The translations under genes were made by a program, and so were the position numbers. A model generated the notes under the pieces. The model ran no database searches. It saw only the letters and a program-made list of their open reading frames with translations, and had not been told where the DNA came from. From the human T2T-CHM13v2.0 reference genome, Homo sapiens, in assembly GCF_009914755.1 (NCBI RefSeq), contig NC_060927.1: a DNA stretch of 64,000 nucleotides, one strand, 5' to 3'. This document shows positions 31,912 through 44,113 of the stretch, one piece after another; within the stretch, counting starts at the first letter, position 1, and each line of letters starts with the position of its first letter.

Positions 31912-32935
31912 ATAGTTGCCAGAATTATAAAGATGACTCCACTTACAAGTGCCCTATGTTATTCAATCAAACACCAATCTAGATATAGCTGTGAACCAAG
32001 TTTGCGGATAAAATTGGGGTTGCTAAATAGCTGACCTTGACCAGGCACAGTGGCTTATGCCTAGTGTAACCATGCTAGCGTAATCCTAGAATTTTGGAAA
32101 GCCAAGGCAGATGGATCACTTGAGCTCAGGAGTTTGAGACCAGCTTGGGCAACATGGCAAAACTTTGTGTCAACAAAAAATTTAAAAGTTAGCTGGGTGT
32201 GGTGTGGTACTACAGGTGCTGGGCATGGTGCTGCACAAAGCCACCAGCTACTCCAAGGACTGACATGGGAAAATCACCTGAGCCTAGTAGGTTGAGGCTG
32301 CAGTGAGCAGTGACCATGTCACTGCACCAGCCCAGGTAACACAGTGAGACTTTTTCTTAAAATCAAGTCAAATAAAATAAAAATAATAAATCAATAAATA
32401 TATAAATTAATAGCTGTCCTTAAAATAGAGACATTATCCTGGACTATCTTGGTGGAGTCAATAAAATCACATGAGCTCTCAATATCAGAATAGGAAGGCA
32501 TAAGTTTGAGTCTGAGAGGTAGAGAGGCAGAGGAGAAAGATGAAGAAGGAAGGTGAGAAAAATTCAAAGCATGGGAGAGACTTGACCTGCCATTGCTGGC
32601 TTTGAATATGGAGTAAGGAGATCAGAAGTCAAGAAAGGTATGTGGCTTCTTGAAACTAAATGTTGCCCCGTTCCACAGTTAGAAAGGAAAGTAGAATCTC
32701 AATTCTACAGTCATAAGTAACTGACTTCACCCAATAATCTGAATGAGCTTGGAGGTAGTTGCTTCCCAGAGCCTCACATTAAGACCCCAGCCTGCCAACA
32801 CATTTCCACCATGTGAAACCCAGAACAGAGAAGCCAGTTGAGCTAACCCAAAAATTCTGACTTACAGAATTGTGAGATTTTTTTTTAACAATGAAGTTTG
32901 TGGCAATTTATTATAACAGAAAGTATAAAGCAGTA
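31912..32935 (+). mobile_element. MLT1D/E-type LTR split by an AluJ
   Basis: gttattcaatcaaacaccaatctag...agctgacctt | aaaatagagacattatcctggactatct...cttgacctgccattgctggctttgaa...aagtttgtggcaatttattataacag. Confidence 0.75.
32039..32405 (+). mobile_element. AluJ with internal micro-rearrangements
   Basis: gatcacttgagctcaggagtttgagaccagcttgggcaac and gttgaggctgcagtgagc; TSD aatagctgacctt / aatagctgtcctt. Confidence 0.88.
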
Positions 32936-33210
32936 TAATTTCATTATTGGCTTCGTTTGTATTTTCTAATTTCTGAGGTTATGCATATATCACATTAATT
33001 ATTAATCATTTATTTTCACCTCTATAGATTGTGCTTCACATATGTTGCCCATTGGGATTTTCTGCCTTTATCATATAGATTTATAAGAATTTCCTATATA
33101 CATTTTAAAATATTATTTATGAATTAAGAATATTAAAAAATAGTTTGCCATCTGTTTGCAAAATGTGTCTATTGTGCCCTTCATTAAACAGAATGTTTTA
33201 AGCTTTATGA

Positions 33211-33628
<418 letters not shown>

Positions 33629-33818
33629 TGAAGAAATTCACTTATATTATTCATATTGGTACTATATTTTACTTTTCATATTTAAGTTCTTCATCTACCT
33701 TCAGTTTGTCTCTTGTTGTATAAAGTTGTACTCTATTTTTTACACTAAATTTGAGTCAGTTCTCTTAAGCACTTTTTTTTAAACTAAATAGTATCTCTAA
33801 TGCTTTGCAATGTCTCTA

Positions 33819-34425
33819 TAGCAATGGTTCTCAAACTTTAGCATGGATCAGAATCACCAGGAATACTTGTGTATTGTTCAGGGTTCAATTAGAGAAGCAG
33901 GGATTTATTGCAGGAACTTGACCTTACATAATTGTGGAAGTTGGTTAAGCACTCTGCGAGACTGTTTTCTCTGTGTCTGCGGCTGAAACTTGAAGTTCGC
34001 AGGGCAGACAATCTGAAAGGAAGTTTTATGAGTTTTATGTAAAGCTGGAGAGAGCAAGAACAAGCTAGATACCTCAAACACAAACTGGAGATCATGAAAA
34101 GGGACTATCCCCACGAGGTGAGCCAGTAGGTCGGTGTCGAGATGTGTGATCTGCAAAATGGGTACTGTTTCAATCCCACCCTGGAAATCTCATACAAGAG
34201 TCTGTGTTATAGTCCTCCCTAATTATAAATTTACAGGAAAGAGATTCTGGGAAATTAGTTCAACCTATTCAAGTTTACATATTAAAAAGACACCACAGCT
34301 TATTAAACATAGATTGTTGGAGTGCAACATTAGTTTCCGATTTACCATTTCTGGGTCTTTGCATATATAAGTTCCCAGGAAATGTTGATGCTGTTGGTCT
34401 ATGAACTACATATTGAGAATTGGGT
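33819..34425. mobile_element. MER5A (hAT-Charlie) split by an ERVL-type LTR (~33868-34296)
   Basis: gcaatggttctcaaactttagcatggatcagaatcacc | ...aagttcccaggaaatgttgatgctgttggtc...acatattgagaa; the intervening block tgtattgttcagggttc...caccaca is MLT2-like. Confidence 0.65.
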
Positions 34426-34557
34426 GTATAACTACTATATGTATATAACTATCATAACAAGTCCCAGGTATGCCAATAATCTGTTAATTAAATTAATATG
34501 CCATGATAATATGTTTTACTCTTGGTTACTCTATTGCAAAACTACCTTAAATATTCA

Positions 34558-35035
34558 TGAGGTAGGTGGTGGGACTTGACTACAGAGGAAGGTCGCTGAC
34601 ACCAGACCAAATTAAGGACTAATTAAAACAGGGAAGTTGTAGAAGAAGAAGCTTTCCTTAAGACATGCCCACAAATGTGCCATGTCAGTTTACCATTGCC
34701 ATGGCAACACTCAGAAGTTACTGCTTTTTTTCACGGCCACAACCCAACGACTCAAAAGTTTCCACCATTTTTTCTAGAAATTTCTGCATAATGCACCCCT
34801 TAATTTGCATTTGATTAAAAGGGTGTATGACTGCAGAACTTCCTCTGAGCTGCCATGTTGGACACACTGCCTCTGGGGTATCCCTTTTCCATGAGGAGCA
34901 GTAGCTCTGCTGCTGCTGTATGCTGCTGCTTCAATAAAAGTTGCGGATTAACACCACCCTTGAATTCTTTCTTGGGTGAAGCCACAAACCACCCCCGGCT
35001 AAGCCCCAATTTGGGAGCTCACCTGTTCTGCATCA
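34558..35035 (+). mobile_element. MER41-family solo LTR
   Basis: tgaggtagg...gccatggcaac...ttcaataaaagttg...gctaagccccaatttgggagctcacctgttctgcatca; 4-bp TSD ttca at 34554-34557 and 35036-35039. Confidence 0.8.
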
Positions 35036-35099
35036 TTCAGAATACATATATTCACCTGTATTTCAGGATTACTATGTCAACCATTGCTGAATTTTTTTA

Positions 35100-37100
35100 T
35101 TAGGATACATTAATACTAAAGAAATATTTCTCTATTCAGCTCTTCTTTTCAGTAGTAGAGCCTACATTTTTAAATAATAGTTTTATGTATTACTTGTCAC
35201 ATAATTCCTATATACGTCTATTGCTATTAAGAATATTATATTTTCTAATATTTTTATTGCTATTAATTGATGCTGATTTTTTAATGTTAATGTTGTATCT
35301 ATCATATTGGTTATTTCATGATTCCAGCAGTTTTGTTCCTTTTTAATTTTAACTCTTCTGCTAATAGTGCAGAAATTTCAGATTGTGGTTTTAAGTTGCA
35401 TTTTCTAAACATCTAAATTCATTTTTCTGACATATAGATATTCTTTTTTTAAAAAAATGCCTATTTAGGTTTTTGGACCACCTTCTGTTTTCTTGACTGC
35501 TTCTGTTTTAGACTTTGATTTGTAGTTATTTTTATATATAATCATTTTTTATGTACATGTCTACAATTTTCTATTGCCATGTGGCTTGCATTTTTACTTT
35601 TATTAAAGTCTTGTCATGATTAGTTCTTACCCTTAAAACAAGCCAATATATTTTTTCCTATTATGATTACAATTTTTATGTCCTGTTTAGTAAATCTTTG
35701 CCTCTCTTGTGTTCATAAAACTGTTCTTCTATAGTTTCCTCTATTGCTTTATTTAGAGCTTTTGCTTTAAAGAAGTGCTGTAATTAGAGTTTACAGATAC
35801 TCAGACATCATGTTTCATTAGGACTAACATTGCTGTGAATTGAAATGAGAGAGTTTCTCATACTATAATATTTTTGTATGTGTGTGACAAACACTATTTC
35901 ATATGATATATTGTTATTTTTATATGCAGGTAAATGCACTTAAAATATTTTATTTAAAATTCTTACATTTATTTCTACAAATAAAATTAACCATAATTGT
36001 ATTTTCTTGTACTTTGTTTTTCAAGTATTGTGATCAAAATTATACTAACTTCATATATGTTGTTCAGCAGTTTTCTTTCTGTTTTTATTTCCAGGAAATG
36101 TAAAATAGAGTTAATCTATCCTAAATGTTTAGTAGAACTTGACTATAAAACTGTCTTTCTGTAGGTAATTTTTTTAAATGTAATTTCAAATATTTTAATG
36201 ATTCTTTTTCTATCTATTATTTTTAATTCACATTGGACTGATATCAGAATATTATTTTTCCCATTTTTCAGGATTATTTAGGTTACTAAATATATTAGGA
36301 TAGTATTTTTTATCAGTTTAATAATTTAATGATGTTTTCTTTTTTCTATATTTTCTTCATTACATTTTTGCCCTGTTGATTTTTTTTTATGATTTCCTTT
36401 TCACATTTTTCCCAGAAGTTAAAGTGTTTTTTAACAACTAATTGTATCAGTATTTGTTTTCTTTCTTTACTTCATTGTTTTCTGATTGTAGTTTATTCTA
36501 TTTGCTTTTTGTTGCATGGTTGCTTATTGTCTTTGGTTTTGTTTCTTCCATTAAATGACTAGCTAATTTATTTTTAGTGTTTTTTTTATTTTCTAACAAT
36601 TGTATTTAGGTAAAATATTTTCTTTTAAGTACTCTCTCAGATGCAACCAATACATGTTGACATATTACTACATTGTGTATTATTAAACAGATATTATTTC
36701 TTTCTTTTTTAAAATTTTTTATCCCTCTCATGGCAAGTGGACATATTTATAAATTTCCTCTATAATTCTTTTTAATCTATGAATTATGTAGTAGTACTTT
36801 TCATTTTTATTTTTCAAATGCTTGGGGTAATTTTTCTATCGTATTTCAAATTTTATTTTATTGGAGAGCAAAGAACACATGCTGTGTGATGTTTATTCCT
36901 TTGTGACTAAAGTGCATAATATACTTTTGAATTTTTTTTATATGCTCAAAATAAATACATGCCCTGGGTTTGTTACACAATACCATTTGTGATAATAAAA
37001 CATTTAATGCTCTTGGTTTTTCTTTGTTTGTTTTTCTAATTTCTAAAAAATAAAAAACCATATCTCTTGGCTATTTGTCTCATTATTTTTATCTTGCAAA
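35100..37100 (-). mobile_element. Highly decayed L1M fragments
   Basis: T-rich antisense L1 character, e.g. aaatgtttagtagaacttgactataaaactgtct and ttggagagcaaagaacacatgctgtgtgat. Confidence 0.5.
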
Positions 37101-38208
37101 AATCTGTTTAAGATCATATGATTATGTATATATGTTTTATCTGCCTACCAGTATCCTCAGATATATGCTACATTTGTTAATTCACCCAGAAAATAAAGGT
37201 AAACAGACATGTATTATACAATTTAGCAATCTACCTACATCTGTATGCATGTACTCTGCATTCCTCTCTGATGCAGTGGTTTAGATACACTGTTCTTATG
37301 CTGGTCAGCCCACAAACATGAGTACTGGGTAATATCACCTTTTCCTAATAAGGGCATTTAATCTTTCAATGATTTTCTTTTATTTTGCCACAGCATTCTT
37401 TTCTTTCTATTATATTATTTTATTTTGAAGAGACACCTGCTGGATTAGTTTATGTTAATGGCATAAAAAGAGCCATAACCAGAAATACTTGTAGGATATA
37501 TTGTATTTAAATAAGCTACCTGATTTCAACAAGGATATAGGGAATCTGGAGTTGTAAAAGCCACAAAGTGACATTTAACTAATACCGATACAATGAGAGA
37601 ATTTCCCCAATAAGTAGTCAGAAAAAACAGTAATATTCACTAGGCTTTAACTTAGATGTATTTCAGAGATGCTTAGTGATTTAGGGGTCCCATTTCCAAA
37701 ATTGTTGAGCACTTTGCTATTTTCTTATTAAAAAATATAAAAAATAGACAGTAACATTTGATTTGCTGAGCTATTAAAATAGAGATGCATGAAACATGGA
37801 AGACTAAACCTACAAAAATTGCTGAGTAATGTAACTCAGTAATTATATAACTGAGTTATGTAATTTGATTATGTAAACTCCAGAAACTTTATGGTGATTC
37901 ACTGAAAGACCCATTCTATGAGCCAATGCCTGTTCAAACTATTTATATTTTGAAGAAAATGTGGTATTTGAGTTACTGCTCTGGTCATTTTATTCAGTAA
38001 TTGAAAGAAAGCCTGCATTTTTGAGTGGAGAACAGAGGCAAGGGGATTTTGCAGCTTTTCAGGCACTCACTACCAGCAGACACAGTGGGGATCCAGGTAA
38101 GTAGTACACACTGACATCCAAGTGGTGGAAAGAAATTTGCAGCAGTCTGAATAGGAGAATCTTATTTTTGCCTAAGATTTAGAAGCAGAAACATCCTCCT
38201 TGGAAAGA

Positions 38209-38701
38209 AACTAGTCTCTTTTTGAGAATTGGTTTATCAAGAGATCATAACCAAGACTAAAGTTCTTACCATGGGTCAGCTACCGACCCTGCTGTGTTTC
38301 TCAGCAGGTTATGAAGAAATAAGAAATTATGGGAGCAAACAAAGCACACTGTCACCATGCCACATCTTTTCTTTTTGCTGACCCTCCCTCAATTTACACC
38401 TATGACCTCAGCCTCAGGGGGATTGTCTTATAACCCCTAAAATGAGAAGGAAAGAAACATTGCTGATAACATCAGAAGATATACTAACAACAACAACGAA
38501 AATAAAGCCAATTTGAAGATCAATAGAAGACAGAAAAATATTCCAGGGACCATAATTTTAGGTAATCACTTATTTAAATTTTGATTGTAATAAAATTCTG
38601 TTTGAAATAAATATCAACATAGATTAAATAGTGACTAAAAGCATGCGCTATTTGAAGGAGTAGTCAGGGCTTTACCACAAAAAATAATAGAGGAATGGTG
38701 A
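38209..38701 (+). repeat. Left arm of a ~495-bp inverted duplication
   Basis: Reverse complement of 39319-39812, e.g. aactagtctctttttgagaattggtttatcaagagatc vs gatctcttgataaaccaattctcaaacagagactagtt. Confidence 0.95.
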
Positions 38702-39063
38702 CTTGGAGGAATGGGAAAGATATACATGAATGGATCACTCACAATGGCCTCAAAGAGTATGACTATTCAGTTCCTAAATTAATGCACACCAAAAGAGTCC
38801 AGATAAAAATATAGTTTTTAAAACAAATGGGTCCAAGATCATAACTATGTGGTCAATTGCATTCAGTGAATTCCAGCTTTCATTCTACTTCTTTCTGTTA
38901 TTCTGTTCCTTCATTTCACAAAATGTATTATTTTATTAATAATTGATGTTATTTATTCTTCTGTATTTTTAATAAAAATATGAGCAAAATTTTCACACAC
39001 TAGTTTAGAGAAAATATTTTTATGTTTTATGTTTAGGACTTGCTGGACAAAGCTGAAACCTGG

Positions 39064-39853
39064 TGATATGGTTTGGCTCTGTGTCCCCACCCAAATCTTA
39101 TGTTGAATTGTAATCCCCAGTGTTGGAAGTGGGGCCTGGTGGGGTGATTGGATCATGGGGTTGGTTTCTGATGGTTTAGCACCATCATCCTACTGCTGTC
39201 TCGTGAGTGGGTTCACACAAGACCTGTTGGTTTAAAAATGTGTAGCATCACGCCCTTCACTCTCTTCCTCCTGCTCCCACCATGTAAGATGCACTTGCTT
39301 CCCCTCCTCTATTATAGATCACCACTCCTCTATTATTTTTTGTTGTAAAGCCCTTACTACCCCTTCAAATAGTCCAGGATTTGAATCACTACTCATGAAT
39401 CTATTTTGATATTTATTTCAAACAGACTTTATTATAATCAAAATATAAATGAAGTGATTACCTAAACTTATGGTTCCTGGGATATTTTTCTGTCTTCTAT
39501 TAATCTTCAAATTGGTTTTATTTTTGTTGTTGTTGTTGTTAGTATATCTTCTGATGGTATCAGCAATGTTTCTTTCCTACTCATTCTAGAGGTTATAAAA
39601 CAATCCACCTGATGCCACAGGTGTAAATTGAGGGAGGGTTAGCAAGAAGAAAAGGCGTCGTATGGTGACAAGTGTGCATTATCTGCTCCCATAATGTCTT
39701 ATTTCTTCACGACCTGCTGAGAAACACAGCAGGGTTGGGAGCAGACCCATGGTCAGAACTTTAGTCTCAGTTAGGATCTCTTGATAAACCAATTCTCAAA
39801 CAGAGACTAGTTACAGGTATTTCTTTATAGCAGTGTAAGAAGGAACTAACACA
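39064..39853 (+). mobile_element. MSTA-type solo LTR with its central-3' part replaced by the inverted copy
   Basis: 5' part tgatatggtttggctctgtgtccccacccaaatc...cttgcttcccct (to ~39305); 3' end caggtatttctttatagcagtg...ctaacaca; TSD cctgg / cctga. Confidence 0.88.
39319..39812 (-). repeat. Right arm of the inverted duplication
   Basis: Colinear reverse complement of 38209-38701; ~21 differences in 193 bp aligned by eye. Confidence 0.95.
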
Positions 39854-40406
39854 CCTGAGTAAAAAGAAAAGGCTTGGAAGTTACAGATTAAATAGTAAAA
39901 GATTTATCTTCAAAGAGTATGTGATTATGTTTTAAGTTGAATGATGTGAAAGACATGTCAAGGATTGTCCACCTGGAGATACTTCTCATATCTTCCCTTG
40001 GGGACATTTATTTACACTATAAAGTGTAAAACCCCAGGATTTCTTCTTCTCCTCCTAAGGAGATTTGTTTATATTAGCAAAGTATGGTTTTCCACTCTCC
40101 CTCTGATGGGAAGTTTTCCGAATAAGCTATCTTAAGGAGTCATCCAGATTCACAATGTCAAGTTTCTGAATTATAGCAGAGACCCCAGAAGTATTTCCAG
40201 CAAAGCATGACTCTCAGCAAATTGTCTTGCAAAAGGGAAATTGGGACACAAGGGAATTGCCACAATTGTTTTTGTATGCTAGTAATAATAAATGTGTCCT
40301 TGGCTCAAAAATATTTTGTCTACATTCAGGATAATATGAATAAATACAGGTATTAAAAACGATGTTTGTGTACATATTTGTTTATATGTCTCCTGTTTTC
40401 TTGCAC

Positions 40407-40735
40407 CAGCTGTTCTCAAACTTTTTGTCCTGGGAACTCTTTAAACACTAAATGATTATCAAGGACTTCAAAGAGCTTTTGCTTATGAGGATTATATCCC
40501 TGCCTTATTAGAAATGAAAACATAATTTTTTTAATATTTATTAGTCAATTAAATAGCCCATAATAACATATTTCATGTTAATATAAAGCATATATTTTAT
40601 GTACAATATGATATTTTCCAAAAAAACAGAAGAATGGCATCATTTTGAATATATATCTATTTGAAAAAGGAAAGGCTTTGTTCACTCTGAAAAGGTCAAA
40701 CTTATACCCAGATGTCCACGGACCACACTTTGCAA
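40407..40735. mobile_element. hAT-Charlie DNA transposon derivative
   Basis: cagctgttctcaaactttttgtcctggga...caaagagcttttgcttatg...gtccacggaccacactttg, Charlie-type termini. Confidence 0.6.
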
Positions 40736-41498
40736 TTAAAGACATTTTCACATTTTTTCAATTAAAACCACATTTTTTCAATAAAAAACACATTTTTCAA
40801 TTAAAAATATATCTCATATTTCACTCCATGTGAGTATATAGATATAATTCTCATTTTTAAAATTGAGAAAAAAATTACTTAACAGTAAAATATACAAAGA
40901 TTGAATACAATTTACTGTATAGCATACAATTGTGTATCCAATACCCCAATTAAGAAAAACAAACAAATAACATTACCATAATTTCAGAATGTTATCTCAT
41001 GCCTGTTCTATTCAATGTCCAAGAGCTATAACTAACTTTTTATTAGTCTACTTGAAAGTCATATAAACGAAATCATACAAATTTTTTTGTATAGTTTCTT
41101 TCACTCAACATAATATTTTTGAGATTTCTCCATGTTGATAGGTATATCTGTAGTTCACTTAATTTTAATGGTGAATTGTTTCTCACAGGATGAATATATT
41201 GCAGTTCATTTATTAATGAATTTATTACAGTTCATTCTCTCATGGTTGGACATTTAAATTTTTTCAATTTTGTGCTCTCTTGGAAAAGCTGCTATAAACA
41301 TTTGTGCAAGTGTTTTTATATATTTATTTTAAAATTTATGATAATTAAATACCAGAAGTGGAATTACCGATCCATAGGGTAGGTGTACATTTGTTTTGAT
41401 AAGAAAGTGCAAAATAGTTTTTCAAAGTGATAGCCCCATTTTACACTCCCACCAACAATGTATAAGAGTTCCAGTTCTCTGCTGCCCCACCCTCTGGC

Positions 41499-41706
41499 TT
41501 TGGTTTTTGGTTTTTGTTTGTTTGTTGTTTTCAGACCGGGTATTGCTCTGTCACCCAGTCTGGAGTGCACTGGCACAATCATGGCTCCCTATAGCATGGA
41601 ACTCCTGGGCTCAAGCTTAAACTTCCTAGTAGTTTCCACATCAAACTTCCTAATAGCTGAGACCACAGGCATGTGCCACCATACCTGGCTAAATTTTTCT
41701 TATTAA

Positions 41707-41740
<34 letters not shown>

Positions 41741-41861
41741 TTGTAGAGACAGAGTCTTGCTTTGTTACCTAGGCTGGCCTTGAACTTCTGGCTTCAAGCT
41801 ATCTTCCCACCTCAGCCTCCCAATATGCTAGGATTACAGGTGTGAGACATCTCGCCCAGCC
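41499..41861 (-). mobile_element. AluJ, antisense, with an expanded (TTA)n middle region
   Basis: aactcctgggctcaagc; (tta)n at 41700-41740; cttcccacctcagcctcccaatatgctaggattacagg. Confidence 0.88.
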
Positions 41862-43273
41862 CAGTTGCTCCACTTTCTGGCAATTATTTGGTGTTGCCAG
41901 TATTTTAATTTCAGCCATTCTAATGGGCATAAAATTGTATTTCATTGTTTCTAAAATTTGCACTTTCTTAATGACATAGGTTAGGGCCTAACAGGGGAAG
42001 GAAAAAACAAAAAGTATTTGGCCAGAGACAAAGCAATAAATACATTTTAAACTCCATATAGCATTTTTGACTAGATAACTGAAAATATACTAATGAATAA
42101 GTAGAATATGTATGTGACTGTGATACAACATAGTGAGAGCAACTGCAGGAAATATCTGACATCCCTAGGGCTAGAGGAATAGAAAACATAAATTAGAATT
42201 ACTAAAAATTAAAATTTGGGACCTGAGCCCTGTGAAGATAAAATGGAACACTCTTTGAGAGATGTGTTGCTGATGCCTCTGAGCCACAGAGAGTGTCGCT
42301 GTGGATCTGGACATCTGAAGCGGGGGCATAGCCTGCTGGGACTGGTGACTCCAATATGAAGCATGAACAAATTTGTTTAATAAGAGTATGGTAAAATAGC
42401 GCACTGGATTCAGATGCCACAATGGGAAGAATTTGAGAAAATGTTGAGAAAATGTTGAGCAATTTGAGAAAATGTTGCTAAGGTAATAGACAGAAACTGC
42501 AAGCAGATAGGAAGCTCACAGTGGACATGCAGAAAACAGAAGAAAAAAAAATTGTTCCCTTTTTTTTTTCTCCAGCCTTGGAATCTATCATGACCTATGG
42601 GAAGAGGTTAACCTAGAACCAGCTCAAAAAGCGGAAATGTGGTATGCACCATATGCCTAGCAATTGCTCCAGTGCTATAAGGTCTAAGAAACAGTAAGTT
42701 AATAACTAAGAAGGGCCAATGAGACTGAGCATATTTTTATGTTCTTAAAATCCATTTATAACTTTATTTCTGAAGTACTTAAGATTGTTTTCCATTTTTA
42801 ATTTTGTTGTATTTTCGAGGAGTTCTTTATATATTCTGTTTTATGTCATTTGACATATTTGTATATTGCAATTATATTTTCCCAGTTTGTGGCTTGCTTT
42901 TTCATTTTCACAGTGGTGTCTTGAGGAGCAGTTTTTAATTTAAATGTAATCTGTTTTATCAATAATATTTGTTTAGAAGTAAACTTATTTTGTGCACTGT
43001 CTGATAAATGTGTAGTTTCCATGGTTATAAATATATTCTTTTGTATTATTCTGAAAATATTGTAGTCTTACTATTTATGTTTAGGTTTATGACCCATCAG
43101 AAATAAATATTTTTTGTATTTGGTATAAAGTAGGATTTTCAGGTAATATATACTCATTGTTATCTAGTTGTTACAGCAATATTTGTCAAAAATATTTTCT
43201 TCATTGAATTTTCTTGTCATTTTTATTGAAAATTAATTGACCAATTATGTGTGACTTTTTTTCTGGATTATCT

Positions 43274-43670
43274 TGTTAAAAGAAAAACTTGAAATGAATT
43301 AAATTGACAGACTTTATTTGAAACAAGAGCAATTCATGAATTGAGCAACACTTAGAACCAGAGGAGGTTCAAAGACCTTTGCCCAACAGAGTGAGCAGTG
43401 AGCTCTCATAGGTGAACAGAGCAGCAAAGTAGAGAAATCACCTAATTGACCACAGCTAGGCATCTGCCTTATTTGGGCATGGTGTAAGTTGTTGACTGCG
43501 TATGATTGACTAAAGCCCAACTGCTTGCAATTGACTGAAATTCAGCTTTTTGTTATACTCCTCGTTATCTTTTAGTTTATTCACTTACTAAGGTAAGTTG
43601 CAAGTTGTTACAAAGGAGCTCAAAAAAAGGAGGAACCCTCAGGATAATAGCCTCCTGCTGCTTTGATGAA
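43274..43670 (-). mobile_element. ERV1 LTR (MER57-like)
   Basis: tgttaaaagaaaaactt...aattaaattgacagactttatttgaaacaagagcaattcatgaattgagcaacact is the antisense MER57 3' end. Confidence 0.65.
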
Positions 43671-43821
43671 ACATTCTATTCTATTCCATCAATATACATA
43701 TTTGTTATATCCAACACCACTTTGATTTGTATGTGCACTGGTATGTTTAGATTTAAGGTGGTGTCAAAATTAGGTGTCGTGAGTCCTTTAAGTTAATTTT
43801 CTTATCAAAATTGTTTGAGTT

Positions 43822-44113
43822 GGCCTGGCGTGGTGGCCCACACCTGTAATGCTAGCACTTTGGGTGGCCAAGGTGGGCATATCACATGAGGTCAGGAGTT
43901 TGAGACCAGCCTGGCCAACATGCTAAAAACTCATATCTAATAAAAATGCAACCAGTAGCCAGGCGTGGTGGCACATGCCTATAATCACAGCTACCCAAGA
44001 GGCTGATGCATGAAAATCGCTTGAACCCAGGAGGCAGAGGTTGCAGTGAGCCAAGATTGTGCCACTGCACTCCAGCCTGGGCAACAGAGCGAGACTCTGT
44101 TTCAAAAAAAAAA
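43822..44113 (+). mobile_element. AluSx/Sz
   Basis: Full dimer; TSD aaaattgtttgagtt / aaagttgtttgggtt. Confidence 0.93.

Noticed and set aside
37832-37858. Short inverted repeat taactcagt...actgagtta
   Set aside because: A 9-bp stem is expected by chance in 64 kb of AT-rich DNA
42430-42477. Repeated ttgagaaaatg units (CRISPR- or array-like at a glance)
   Set aside because: Simple local slippage duplication with no spacers, in a eukaryotic context
41970-42710. Possible old LTR interrupting the L1M
   Set aside because: Looks like an insertion, but I could not identify the family or termini
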